Positions 1 through 8,908 of a DNA stretch of 64,000 nt are shown piece by piece. Source of the stretch: Candidatus Latescibacterota bacterium (GTDB lineage Bacteria > Latescibacterota > UBA2968 > UBA8231). The stretch spans positions 3,648,001-3,712,000 of the forward strand of contig OZ242318.1 of assembly GCA_965208105.1 (NCBI GenBank), in the 5' to 3' direction. Each line of letters begins with the position of its first letter. Positions within the stretch are counted from its first letter, which is position 1. The notes beneath the pieces were generated by a model that saw only the letters and a program-made list of their open reading frames with translations, did not search any database and was not told the origin of the DNA. A program made the position numbers and the translations under genes.

Positions 1-1250
1 CCGACGGCGCGCTCCAGGGCGGCGTCGGCGGCGCCGTAGTCGAACAGGGCGTGGGCGTATTCCACTCGGGTCACTAACCGGAGGCGGCGGGCTTCGAGCA
101 GCTCCAGGTAGGTGGACTTGCCCTCGTCGTAGCTGCGGCTGGCTACCTCGAACGCCCGTTCCGCCCCGGGCAGAATCCGGTCCTCGAACAGGGCCACCTG
201 CTCGGCGGCGGTTTCGAGGTCGAGGAAAGCTCCTTTCGTCTCCAGAAGGATCCGATTGCGCAACTCGTCGCGCTCGGCCCTTGCCCGGACGGCTTCCGCT
301 TGGGCAAGGGCCCGTTCGCCGCGCTGGTGCAGGAATGCCCACAGAGGCACCTCCAGGCCAATGCGAAAAAGCCAGGAGTCCTCCCCGTGGCCTCCATGCC
401 GTTGTTGGAGAGCCAGACCCGCGTTCAGGTCCGGCCAATAGGCCGCGGTGGCCGCCGCCTGCCGGCTCCGCAGGGCTTTCAACTGCAGCTCGGCCCCGGC
501 CAGGTCGGGCCGCTGTCTCAGGGCTGCCTCGTTCAGTTGGTCGAGATCGGCCTCGACCGGCTGAAAGGCCAGGCTGTCGGCCAGTGAGAAGGGGGTCTGC
601 AGGGGCCGTGCCAGGAGGGCATTGAGTTCGGCCCTGGCCACCGAAAGCTCGTTTTGCGCCGCTCTCTTGCGGTTACTTGCCCGTCCAACCTCGACGCTTG
701 CCCGCAGCACGTCAAGCTCCGGCACGTCGCCCGCTTCGAAACGGATGTGGGCCTGGCGCAGAATATTCTGGGCCAGGTGGAGGTCTTGACGGGCATGCTG
801 GAGCAGGTCCTCGTTCAGCGCGATGCGGTCATAGGCCGTCCTGGCCCGGAGGACGAGGTCGAGCCGGGCCATCTCGAAGACCGCCAGGCGGGCCGCTTCG
901 GCGTGCTGGCGGCCGGCCTGGAGACGGTACCACCACTTCAGGGGAAATTCGAACCGCTGGCTGACGCCGATTGTGTGCTCGCCATGGTGTCCCGAGCTGC
1001 CGAATCTGGGCAGCTCTTCGAACTCGAACTCCGGGTCGGGCGGGACGGCGGCCTGACGCCCCAGGGCGCGGGCGCCTTCCCAGGCGTTGCGGGCGGCCTC
1101 CACCTCTGGATTGCGCTCCAATGCCAGGCGAACGGCGTCGTTCCTCGACAGGGGCTCGGCGTGCGCTTCTTCACCAGAAGGCTGGCCGTGGGCGAGGGCG
1201 GGCGCGAGCAGGAAGAGGAGGAGGATGGAAGGTGGTTTGGCTGACAACAT
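1..1250 (-). CDS. TolC-family outer-membrane efflux protein (CzcC-like), 3' end runs off the window
   Basis: Not in the ORF track because it is open at the edge. Manual translation from ATG 1250: signal peptide MLSAKPPSILLLFLLAPALAHG, then LSRNDAVRLALERNPEVEAAR, RFEAGDVPELDVLRA, RQRPDL, YDEGKSTYLELLEAR, typical of outer-membrane efflux proteins. His-rich loops GHHGEH and HGGHG. Confidence 0.85.
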   Translation of the reverse strand, partial: MLSAKPPSILLLFLLAPALAHGQPSGEEAHAEPLSRNDAVRLALERNPEVEAARNAWEGARALGRQAAVPPDPEFEFEELPRFGSSGHHGEHTIGVSQRFEFPLKWWYRLQAGRQHAEAARLAVFEMARLDLVLRARTAYDRIALNEDLLQHARQDLHLAQNILRQAHIRFEAGDVPELDVLRASVEVGRASNRKRAAQNELSVARAELNALLARPLQTPFSLADSLAFQPVEADLDQLNEAALRQRPDLAGAELQLKALRSRQAAATAAYWPDLNAGLALQQRHGGHGEDSWLFRIGLEVPLWAFLHQRGERALAQAEAVRARAERDELRNRILLETKGAFLDLETAAEQVALFEDRILPGAERAFEVASRSYDEGKSTYLELLEARRLRLVTRVEYAHALFDYGAADAALERAV

Positions 1251-1356
1251 GGCTAATGCCTGGGGAGTGCAGGATACCGCGGGCCATGGGGAGGCTGAAA
1301 AAAGCGTTTCTCGAGGCGTGGCTGAGCATTTCTGCCAGCAATTGAAAAAAAGTAAC

Positions 1357-1375
1357 CATTGCGCGCAATGCGCAA
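1357..1375. promoter_or_regulatory. Overlapping dyads upstream of the TolC gene; candidate operator
   Basis: Perfect palindrome CATTGCGCGCAATG (1357-1370) overlapping TTGCGC-N5-GCGCAA (1359-1375), next to an AT-rich stretch about 110 nt upstream of the start codon. Confidence 0.35.
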
Positions 1376-1446
1376 GCCCCGGACGAAGGGTGTCCGGTGG
1401 TCTCCGGGGCGGGCAAAACTCTGCGGCGGAGCCAAAAGGCGGGTGA

Positions 1447-3963
1447 TCAGCGCTCCAGCTCTTCCGGTTGGGGGTCGGGTCCGGCAGCGTTCGCCCGGGT
1501 GTTCCTGTGCTCCCTGACAACCAGAGCCAGGGCCATGACAAGCGAGACCGCGGACAGGGCCAGAAGGCCACGGCGCAGCGGAGAAAGCCTCGCCTCGATG
1601 GCGATTTCATGCACTCCCGCCTCCAGCGGCAGGGCCATGAAGCGGCCGGCGGTCTGCAGCGGCCGCACCGGCTTTCCGTCGACGCTGACCCGCAGGTAGG
1701 GGAAGTAGGCGTAGGCCAGCCGCGCGTAGCAGTCCGCCGAGACCTCCACCTTCATCTCTACTTCCTGGCGCCGGACCACGTGGGAGACGACCCGCGCCTC
1801 GGGGGTGGTCCCCAGGTCGCGCTGTCCCTCCAAGTCCCGCACCAGGATGCGCTCGCAGGCGAGAGACCCCAGCGGCCGCTGCACGCCGGTGCGGGCGATG
1901 ATCTCCAGGGCCCGGGCCATGGCTTCGTCCATCTCGGGATCGGCACCGATGCGGGCGGATATCGCTCCCGGGCCGGTGTCACTATCGTCGTAGCCTTCCA
2001 GGCGCCCGGAGACCACGATTGGGCTATGGCCCAGTGAAAGTACAGATGCGAACCTGTTTTGCCCGGAGCTCACGATCAGGTAGCGCGTGTTGAGGAGGTA
2101 CAGACCTTCGCGCAAAAATTCGTATTGTGGGTGGGAGGTCAGTTGCTCGGGCGATTCCATTCTCTCCAACAGCCCGTGGGCCCAGTCGGTGAAGGGTTGG
2201 GTGAAGCTTTGGAGGGTGCGCAGCTCCCCCGGGTGTAATGCTTCGGCAATCGGCGTCGCGCCATCGTAGAGCATACACGACTGCCTCCTGAATATGTTAA
2301 GGCCGGTGGCGATCCATTGGGCCTGGTAGCTGGGCAGCTCGCCGCGCTGAGAAAAGGGCGCTGAGGCCGCTGCCACCGGATCGAAAATGTCCCTGGGTGA
2401 ACCGCAGGGCGAGTAGTCCGCTTTACAGTAGGGCTGCACGAAGGTGGTGGGGAAGAGGTCGATCATCAGAACCAGGAGGAGTATGGTGTACCAACGGCTG
2501 CGCGCCAGGGTCCGGGGACCATGGGACAGGAGATGGTAGGCGCCCGCGCCCGCTGCCAGGGCGAGGAAGAAGGAGAGGAAGAGCAGGTAGCGCGAGGCGT
2601 TGAAGGCATGGACCAGGGGCAATGCGGCGAGAGGAGGCCAGCGGTAGGCGATGATGACCAGCGCCACCAGGACGAGACAGACCCAGCACGACGCGGGCCT
2701 CCCATCTCGCCGTCGCAACGCCACCGCGCCTCCGCCCAGGGTAAGCAGCACCAGCGAGATCCCCAGGTAGCCGCCGTACCAGTGATAAGGCTGGGGAGGA
2801 AGCAGCCAGAAGCGGAGGTTGGACCAGCCCAGCAGGTGCCGCCAGGTGGGGTCGGGGACCCCCGACTGGTCGACGTTGAACTCGTGCAGCTTGGTAAGAG
2901 CGCGCTCGAAAAACATCCCGGCGTTCAGGTAGGACGAAAAAACGGCGCCGAGGAGGAAGAAAAGAAAACCGGCGCCCACAATGGCCCTGGTGTCCGGGCG
3001 CTGCCGGCAGGACCACAGGCGCACCAGGCTGTAGCATGCCAGCAGCGCCATGGCGTAGGTGCCGTAGCCGGGGTGGGTGAAGTTGAGCAGGGCCACGCAG
3101 ACTGCGCCAAGGAGGGCGGCCTGCATCCTGCGGGGCGAGGCGGCGACGCGCTCCACGTAGTGGAAGGCCCAGGGCAGCACGGCATAGAAAAGGGACAGGG
3201 ACAGGCGGCCCATGATGAGAACCTGCTGGGTGTGCCAGAAGCACAGGGCGTAGCCCAGCCCGGCGACGAATCCGGCGCGGCGCGAACCGCAGATGCCGGT
3301 AACCAGAAAGTACATTCCGAGCCCGGAGATCAGGTGGCCGGCGGCCATGGTCAGCTTCAGCGACAGGGAGAGATCGCGGAATACCAAATCGGCCAGCCCC
3401 ACCAGGTAGAAGAAGGCGAAGCCGTAGTTCTGCAGGTAGGGAGAGCCCGTACCCATGAAGAAGGTCCAGACCGGCGCCTCTCCGGCGGCGATGGCCTCGG
3501 CGGCGAGCCAGGAGGTGACGATGTGGTGGGAGGCGTCGGCTGCCCAGCTCAGTTCGCCTCCGGAAAAGTAGAAGCGTATGCAGACCAGCAAAGAGAAGAC
3601 CAGCAGCAACACGGTCCTGGTCGGGCTGGCGAAACAGTGCTGGAGAAAGTCGCTGAGGACCCGCCGGCGCCACTCGTTGTAGAGCAGGAGCGTGGTGGAG
3701 ATGAGGAAGAGGGCGAAGAGGACGGCGTCGAGGGCGTCGAAGGAAATTTTCTGGGCGGCGTGGCCTATGAAATTTACCAGTGTACCGTAGGTTTTCGCGG
3801 GAGGGAAGATCGCGAACTTTTCCACCGTCACGTACTGCATGCAGACGCAGGTCCCGGCCCAGAAAAGCAGCATCCACAAGGTGGGAAAGGGACGCCTAGA
3901 GCTTGCAGGCGGCACTTCCCGGCCGCTCTCTCCGCGGGTTGGGGGTTGGGAGGCTGGATTCAA
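1447..3963 (-). CDS. Polytopic membrane protein, YfhO / PTPS-related-like, putative GT-C glycosyltransferase
   Basis: 838 aa with many hydrophobic segments. First loop WAADASHH...PVWTFFMGTGSPYLQNYG. C-terminal YAYFPYLRVSVDG...MALPLEAGVHEIAIE followed by a terminal TM helix, as in YfhO-like proteins. Confidence 0.65.
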   Translation of the reverse strand: MNPASQPPTRGESGREVPPASSRRPFPTLWMLLFWAGTCVCMQYVTVEKFAIFPPAKTYGTLVNFIGHAAQKISFDALDAVLFALFLISTTLLLYNEWRRRVLSDFLQHCFASPTRTVLLLVFSLLVCIRFYFSGGELSWAADASHHIVTSWLAAEAIAAGEAPVWTFFMGTGSPYLQNYGFAFFYLVGLADLVFRDLSLSLKLTMAAGHLISGLGMYFLVTGICGSRRAGFVAGLGYALCFWHTQQVLIMGRLSLSLFYAVLPWAFHYVERVAASPRRMQAALLGAVCVALLNFTHPGYGTYAMALLACYSLVRLWSCRQRPDTRAIVGAGFLFFLLGAVFSSYLNAGMFFERALTKLHEFNVDQSGVPDPTWRHLLGWSNLRFWLLPPQPYHWYGGYLGISLVLLTLGGGAVALRRRDGRPASCWVCLVLVALVIIAYRWPPLAALPLVHAFNASRYLLFLSFFLALAAGAGAYHLLSHGPRTLARSRWYTILLLVLMIDLFPTTFVQPYCKADYSPCGSPRDIFDPVAAASAPFSQRGELPSYQAQWIATGLNIFRRQSCMLYDGATPIAEALHPGELRTLQSFTQPFTDWAHGLLERMESPEQLTSHPQYEFLREGLYLLNTRYLIVSSGQNRFASVLSLGHSPIVVSGRLEGYDDSDTGPGAISARIGADPEMDEAMARALEIIARTGVQRPLGSLACERILVRDLEGQRDLGTTPEARVVSHVVRRQEVEMKVEVSADCYARLAYAYFPYLRVSVDGKPVRPLQTAGRFMALPLEAGVHEIAIEARLSPLRRGLLALSAVSLVMALALVVREHRNTRANAAGPDPQPEELER

Positions 3964-4061
3964 TCTCGCATCACCGGATGGAGGTCGATACTATGGCCAT
4001 TGAGGTTTATTTCTTCTCGCCAGAGGTCAGTTCGGGGAGTTTGCCGCTCCCCTCCCCGATT

Positions 4062-4090
4062 TTGCCTGCCTCCACCCGAACCCCTATACT
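4062..4090 (+). promoter_or_regulatory. Sigma70-like promoter
   Basis: TTGCCT-17 nt-TATACT, about 28 nt upstream of ATG 4119. Confidence 0.5.
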
Positions 4091-4118
4091 AAGGCAGGCC
4101 TGCTCGTGGCATCCATCC

Positions 4119-5669
4119 ATGAATAGAAAGCGCCGAAGACAGAAGGGCCAGGAGGCGGGGCCACCGCCTGCTTCCTCCCCATTCCTCGACTTGACCCGGC
4201 ACGAAAACAGGTCCTGGTTCCTTCCAGTGCTGGGCATGGCCGGGCTGCTAATGGGTCTGCTCCTCTTCGACGCCAACCTCTCCCTCACTGGGGACAACGC
4301 CCAGTTCATCAACCTGGGACGGTCCCTCGCCGAAGGCCATGGGCTGGCCTCGACCATAGGGGACGAGCCCAAGCCCCATATCAAGTACCCCTTCGGGTTC
4401 CCCCTTCTTCTCGCCGTCGTCCATCTCATCTTTCCAGGCCATCTCGCTGCCCTCAAGGGCCTGGTCATTCTACTCTACGCCGCATCCATCCCCCTCGTCT
4501 ACCTGTTCGCCCGCCGCTGGGCTAGTGCCCCCATCGCCCTCGGGGTGACCGCGCTGTGCCTCCTTTCCCCTCCCCTCCTGGACTACTCGCACCAGGTCAT
4601 GTCAGAGATTCCATACCTGGCGTTTTCCCTTCCGGCCCTCCTGCTCCTGCAGCGGGCGCAGGAGTCGAAGGCGTTTTCCGCGCTGGCCCTTGCGACCGTC
4701 GCCGTCATGGCCGCCTACTACGTGCGCAGCGCGGGGATCGTCCTCATTGGCGCGGCCATCTTCTTTCTTCTCCTGCACAGAAGGTGGAGACAAGCAGGAC
4801 TGGTGGCCGTCGGCAGCTTCCTCCTCGCCCTGCCCTGGCACCTGCGCAACGCGGCACACGGAGGCAACCCCTATATCGATCAGCTCCTGAGCATAAACCC
4901 CTACCGCCCGCACCTTGGAGCGCTCACCTTCGCGGCCCTGGCCGAACGAATCGCCGCCAACCTGGAACTCTACGGCCTCTACATCATCCCCGATATTCTG
5001 TTTCCTGGTCTTGCCGGCGGCAACCCGTTCGTCGGCCTCGCCATCTCCGGCCTTGTGCTCTACGCCCTGGTTTCAGGGCTGGCGAGACGGCAGTTGCCGG
5101 CGGTGTATCTGGCCTGCTACCTGGGCCTCTGCATCCTCTGGCCGGTGGTCTGGACCGACACGCGCTTTCTCGTTCCGGCCGTTCCCCTCCTGTTCTTCGC
5201 CATGCTCACCAGCTCCGCCGAGCTGCTGCAGAGGGTCGTCCGCTGGATCGGGGTGAAGTCCCCTCAGCCCGGAATGGCGCTCCTGTTCCTCGTCCCCTTC
5301 GCCGCCAACATCCTTGCCACCAGGGACCTCGCCGGCCGCATGGGGGAGCTTCCTGCCAGCTACGGCAACTATTTTGCCGCCGCCGAGTGGATCAGAGACA
5401 ACACCGATCCGCAGGCCAAAGTAGCCTGCCGCAAGCCCTTTCTAATGAACGCGATTTCCCACCGCAAAGCAGCGGGCTACATATGGAAGGGGCCTGAGGA
5501 GGTGCTCGCCGACTTCCAACAAAAGGGAATAAAAATCGTTGTCGTCGATCAGCTCGGATTCCGCTCCACCCCCGAGTTTCTCGTTCCCGCCGTCAATGCC
5601 CGTATGGACCGATTCGAGATCGTTCACATCGTTCCCGACCCCGATACCTATATTCTGAAGTTCAAGTAG
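4119..5669 (+). CDS. ArnT/PMT-like (GT39/GT83) lipid-carrier-dependent glycosyltransferase
   Basis: Start placed at ATG 4119 (MNRKRRRQ) after the promoter. First TM followed by TGDNAQFINLGRSLAEGHG, KYPFGFPLLLA, VMSEIPY, DTRFLVP; about 12 TM helices plus a small C-terminal soluble domain. Confidence 0.7.
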   Translation: MNRKRRRQKGQEAGPPPASSPFLDLTRHENRSWFLPVLGMAGLLMGLLLFDANLSLTGDNAQFINLGRSLAEGHGLASTIGDEPKPHIKYPFGFPLLLAVVHLIFPGHLAALKGLVILLYAASIPLVYLFARRWASAPIALGVTALCLLSPPLLDYSHQVMSEIPYLAFSLPALLLLQRAQESKAFSALALATVAVMAAYYVRSAGIVLIGAAIFFLLLHRRWRQAGLVAVGSFLLALPWHLRNAAHGGNPYIDQLLSINPYRPHLGALTFAALAERIAANLELYGLYIIPDILFPGLAGGNPFVGLAISGLVLYALVSGLARRQLPAVYLACYLGLCILWPVVWTDTRFLVPAVPLLFFAMLTSSAELLQRVVRWIGVKSPQPGMALLFLVPFAANILATRDLAGRMGELPASYGNYFAAAEWIRDNTDPQAKVACRKPFLMNAISHRKAAGYIWKGPEEVLADFQQKGIKIVVVDQLGFRSTPEFLVPAVNARMDRFEIVHIVPDPDTYILKFK

Positions 5670-5720
5670 TTCAAGTGACCACGAAGGGGCAGAATTCCCC
5701 TCTTTTCCGCCCCTAGTCCC

Positions 5721-6794
5721 TCAGGCCCTCACCAGGATCCTGCCCGGGTCTTCCGCCGCCGCCGCGCCGACGATGGCGGCGTCGGGGACGCCATAGCGGT
5801 GCAGCGACTCGAGCAGGAGATCGGCCTTTCGGGGAGCCACGGCGACGAGCAGCCCGCCCGAGGTCTGGGCGTCGAACATCGCGTTGGCGCGCGCCGGGGG
5901 GACCGGGGCGGCGACGGTGACGAGCTCCTGCAGGTAGTCCTGGTTGTCCCTGGAGCCCCCCGTCAGCGGACCTTTCGCGCCCAGCTCCAGTGCCAGCTCC
6001 ATGGCGGGCACCTGGAGCGCGTCGAAGACCAGGGAGACCTTGCTGGCCGCAGCCATCTCGCTGGCGTGGCCGAGGAGGCCGAACCCGGTGATGTCGGTGC
6101 AGGCGTTCACCCCGATGGCCTGGGCCTGCTCCGCCGCCGCAGCGTTGAGGGCGCTCATGGAGGCCACCGCTTCCTCCATGTCGTCTTCGCCGATGGCGCC
6201 GGCCTTGAAGGCGTTGGCGATGAGGCCGGTGCCCAGCTTCTTGGTGAGGACGAGGCGGTCGCCGGGGCGGGCGCCGGCGTTGGTGAGGACGGCGTCGGGG
6301 TGGACCAGGCCGGTGGCGGCAAGGCCGTACTTGAGCTCCGGGTCCTGGACCGTGTGGCCGCCGAGGAGGACCGCTCCGGCTTCCTCCACCTTGGAGTGGC
6401 CGCCGCGCAAGATCTGGTTGAGGACCTCGGGCTCCAGTTCATCGTTGGGAAAGCCGGCGATGTTGAGCGCGGTCAGGGGCCGCCCGCCCATGGCGTAGAT
6501 GTCGCTGAGGGAGTTCGCCGCGGCGATGGCGCCGAAGACGAAGGGATCGTCGACGATGGGGGTGAAGAAGTCCACCGTCTGGACCAGGGCCTGGTTGGGG
6601 CCGATGCGGTAGACCCCGCCGTCGTCGGCGAGGCCGTAGCCGACCAGCAGGTCGGGATCTGTATTCTCCGGCAACCCGGCCAGGACCCGCCCCAGTTCCC
6701 CGGGGCTGAGCTTGGATGCTCAGCCGCCGCAGGCGACCATCTGGGTGAGGCGCTTGCTGTGCTTGTGGGTGAAGGACTTTCTGATCTGGTCCAT
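5721..6794 (-). CDS. selD: Selenide, water dikinase SelD containing selenocysteine (in-frame TGA at 6722-6720)
   Basis: ATG 6794 MDQIRKSFTHKHSKRLTQMVACGG-TGA-ASKLSPGELGRVLAGLP continues in frame into ORF 5721..6674 with SelD motifs DDGGVY, VQTVDFFTPIVDDP, AANSLSDIYAMGG, GGHT, TDITGFGLLGH, DAQTSGGLL. TGA is at the catalytic Cys/Sec position followed by the conserved Lys. Confidence 0.95.
6689..6706 (-). promoter_or_regulatory. Putative bacterial SECIS hairpin of selD
   Basis: GCCCCGG-GGAA-CTGGGGC: a 7-bp stem (one G-U pair) starting 13 nt after the UGA, G-first apical loop 20 nt downstream of the UGA. Confidence 0.7.
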
Positions 6795-6802
6795 GAACCC
6801 CA

Positions 6803-6830
6803 AAGATAATTGCGCGCGGGCGTGCGTCAA
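6803..6830 (-). promoter_or_regulatory. Sigma70-like promoter for selD
   Basis: Minus strand TTGACG-16 nt-TATCTT ending 8 nt before ATG 6794; no SD before the ATG. Confidence 0.45.
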
Positions 6831-6849
6831 CGCGGCCGGGCCCGGCAGG

Positions 6850-6878
6850 TTGACATGGGAAATGGGGCCGGGTACAAT
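6850..6878 (+). promoter_or_regulatory. Sigma70 promoter for the Gfo/Idh/MocA gene
   Basis: TTGACA-17 nt-TACAAT; SD AAGGAG before ATG 6937. Confidence 0.7.
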
Positions 6879-6936
6879 TACCGAACGCAAATGACCGGGC
6901 ATCGAACGCGACACCTGCAACAGGAAGGAGCTTTTC

Positions 6937-7962
6937 ATGGCATTGCGAATCGGCATCGTGGGGGCCGGCGCCAATACTCGCAGCCGCCACATTCCCGGGT
7001 TTCAGAAGATCGACGGGGTCGAGGTGGTGGCGGTGTGCAACCGCTCGCGGCAATCGGCGCAGAAGGTGGCCGACGAGTTCGGCATCGGGCGGGTCTTCGA
7101 TGATTGGAAGGAGCTGGTCAACAGCGACGGGGTCGACGCGGTGTGCGTGGGGACCTGGCCCTACATGCACTGTCCCATCACCCTGGAGACCCTGAAGGCG
7201 GGCAAGCACATTCTCACCGAGGCGCGCATGGCCATGAACCTGGAGGAAGCGCGCCGGATGTACGCGGCCTCGGAGCAGAGCGACCGGGTGGCCATGATCG
7301 TGCCCGCTCCCATGTGGCTGGAGTACGAGGCCACTATCCTGGAGATGGTGGCCGGGGAGGTTTTCGGCGATTTCCTGGAGATAAACGTCAACGCCCTCAC
7401 CGGAGGCTACGATCCGCAGGCGCCGCTGCACTGGCGCCAGCGCCGCGACCTCTCCGGGTTGAACATCATGAGCATGGGGATCTTCAACGAGACGGTGCGG
7501 CGCTATGCCGGCCACGAGAAGGCGGTGACCGCCCGCGGCAGGACTATCACCACGGAACGGGTGGACCCCGAGACCGGCGCCCGCGCCCGCGCCGACGTGC
7601 CCGAGAGTCTGGCGATCATCGCCGAGCTGGAGAGCGGCGCCACCGCCGTCTACCACATCAGCAGCGTGGCCCGCCTGGGGATCGGCGACTCCATCGAGAT
7701 GCACGGCACCAGGGGGGGATTCAAGCTCGAAGGGGAATCCGCCTGGGTGGCGGAGGCCGGCGACGACTCCTGGCGCGCGCTGGAGGTCCCCGAGGAGAAG
7801 CGGGGGGGATGGCGCGTGGAGGAGGAGTTCGCCGAGGCCGTCCTCGAGGGCAAGCCCGTGACCCACACCAGTTTCGCCGACGGGATAAAGTACATGGAGT
7901 TCACCGAGGCGGTGAACCTGAGCATGGCCACCGGCGGCCGGGTGGAGCTTCCGCTGGACTAG
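6937..7962 (+). CDS. Gfo/Idh/MocA family oxidoreductase
   Basis: LRIGIVGAG Rossmann start, DAVCVGTWPYMH, AGKHILTEARMA (EAR variant of EKP). Confidence 0.9.
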   Translation: MALRIGIVGAGANTRSRHIPGFQKIDGVEVVAVCNRSRQSAQKVADEFGIGRVFDDWKELVNSDGVDAVCVGTWPYMHCPITLETLKAGKHILTEARMAMNLEEARRMYAASEQSDRVAMIVPAPMWLEYEATILEMVAGEVFGDFLEINVNALTGGYDPQAPLHWRQRRDLSGLNIMSMGIFNETVRRYAGHEKAVTARGRTITTERVDPETGARARADVPESLAIIAELESGATAVYHISSVARLGIGDSIEMHGTRGGFKLEGESAWVAEAGDDSWRALEVPEEKRGGWRVEEEFAEAVLEGKPVTHTSFADGIKYMEFTEAVNLSMATGGRVELPLD

Positions 7963-8065
7963 GGTATGGCTGCGGCGGCAGCCGGGTTCACGCGGAATCG
8001 TGCAAGCAGGCACCAGGCCGCCGCCTGGCCGACGGAATGGCGTTCAAGTTGAATTTGGAAGGTCT

Positions 8066-8908
8066 TCAACGGGAGATGCCGGCCCGAGCGAAGGCCCGAT
8101 CCAGGGTCTGGAAGGTCAGCGCCGCGGCGGCCAGCGGGTCGTACCCGGGGCGTTGCTGCACCATCATGCTCACCTCCGCGGTGATGTACCCTTCGTACCC
8201 CGCCTTTCCCATCTCCTCGAGAAAGCTGACAAAGTCGAAGGGGCCCTCCCCCGGGATGAGAAACTCGTGGCCGGGAGCGCGTCCGCGCTGGTCCTTGACG
8301 TGGGTGTGAGCCGAGTGCGGGGCCAGGGCGGCGACGGTCTCCGCCACGGGCAGGCCGAGGACGTCGAAGTGGCTGATGTCGAAGTTGAGCTTGAGGTAGG
8401 GTGAGTCGATGCGGCGCAGCAGCCACAGGGCCTTGGAGGGCAGGTCGAGGGCCGAGCCCACGTGGGGTTCGACGGCGATGGTGACCCCGCGCCCGGCGCC
8501 GTAGTCCACCAGTTCCCCGAGGCGCTCCAGAACGAAGTCTTCGCTTCCGTCCCAGTCTGGCGGCCTTCCTCCCAGGGTGGTGTCCAGGACGGGGACTCCC
8601 CCGCCGCGGCCCCAGTCCGCACACAACTCCACGGTCCCGCGCAGGCGCCGCCAGTTCTCGGCGTGCAGCCCGGGGTCCCTCTCGAGCAGGGAGCGATGGC
8701 CGGCCACCGCCGGCATGTCGAGGCTGTGGTGGTCGAAGAGCCGGCGAATGCGGTGCCGCTCGCCCGGGTCGAGAGTGTCCAGCTCGGTGGTGTAGCCCGG
8801 GATGACGGTGGGCTCGACCCCGGTGAAGCCGAGCCGGGCAAGGTGCTCCAGGGCCGCGTCGATTGGAAGGTCGGGCATGCCCCAGGTGGTGTAGCCGATC
8901 TTCATCAA
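8066..8908 (-). CDS. Sugar phosphate isomerase/epimerase (xylose isomerase-like TIM barrel)
   Basis: LGFTGVE, IAVEPH, LNFDISH, HTHVKD, PGEG..DF, GYEGYITAE motifs; start overlaps the guaB stop. Confidence 0.88.
   Translation of the reverse strand: MMKIGYTTWGMPDLPIDAALEHLARLGFTGVEPTVIPGYTTELDTLDPGERHRIRRLFDHHSLDMPAVAGHRSLLERDPGLHAENWRRLRGTVELCADWGRGGGVPVLDTTLGGRPPDWDGSEDFVLERLGELVDYGAGRGVTIAVEPHVGSALDLPSKALWLLRRIDSPYLKLNFDISHFDVLGLPVAETVAALAPHSAHTHVKDQRGRAPGHEFLIPGEGPFDFVSFLEEMGKAGYEGYITAEVSMMVQQRPGYDPLAAAALTFQTLDRAFARAGISR

Noticed and set aside
5670-6936. tRNA-Sec (selC) or selA/selB near selD
   Set aside because: No tRNA-like cloverleaf or such ORFs were seen in these spacers or elsewhere in the window.
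6720-6992. 90-aa ORF ending ...MVACGG, and selD as a pseudogene
   Set aside because: It is the N-terminus of Sec-SelD; the stop is a recoded UGA with a SECIS-like hairpin.
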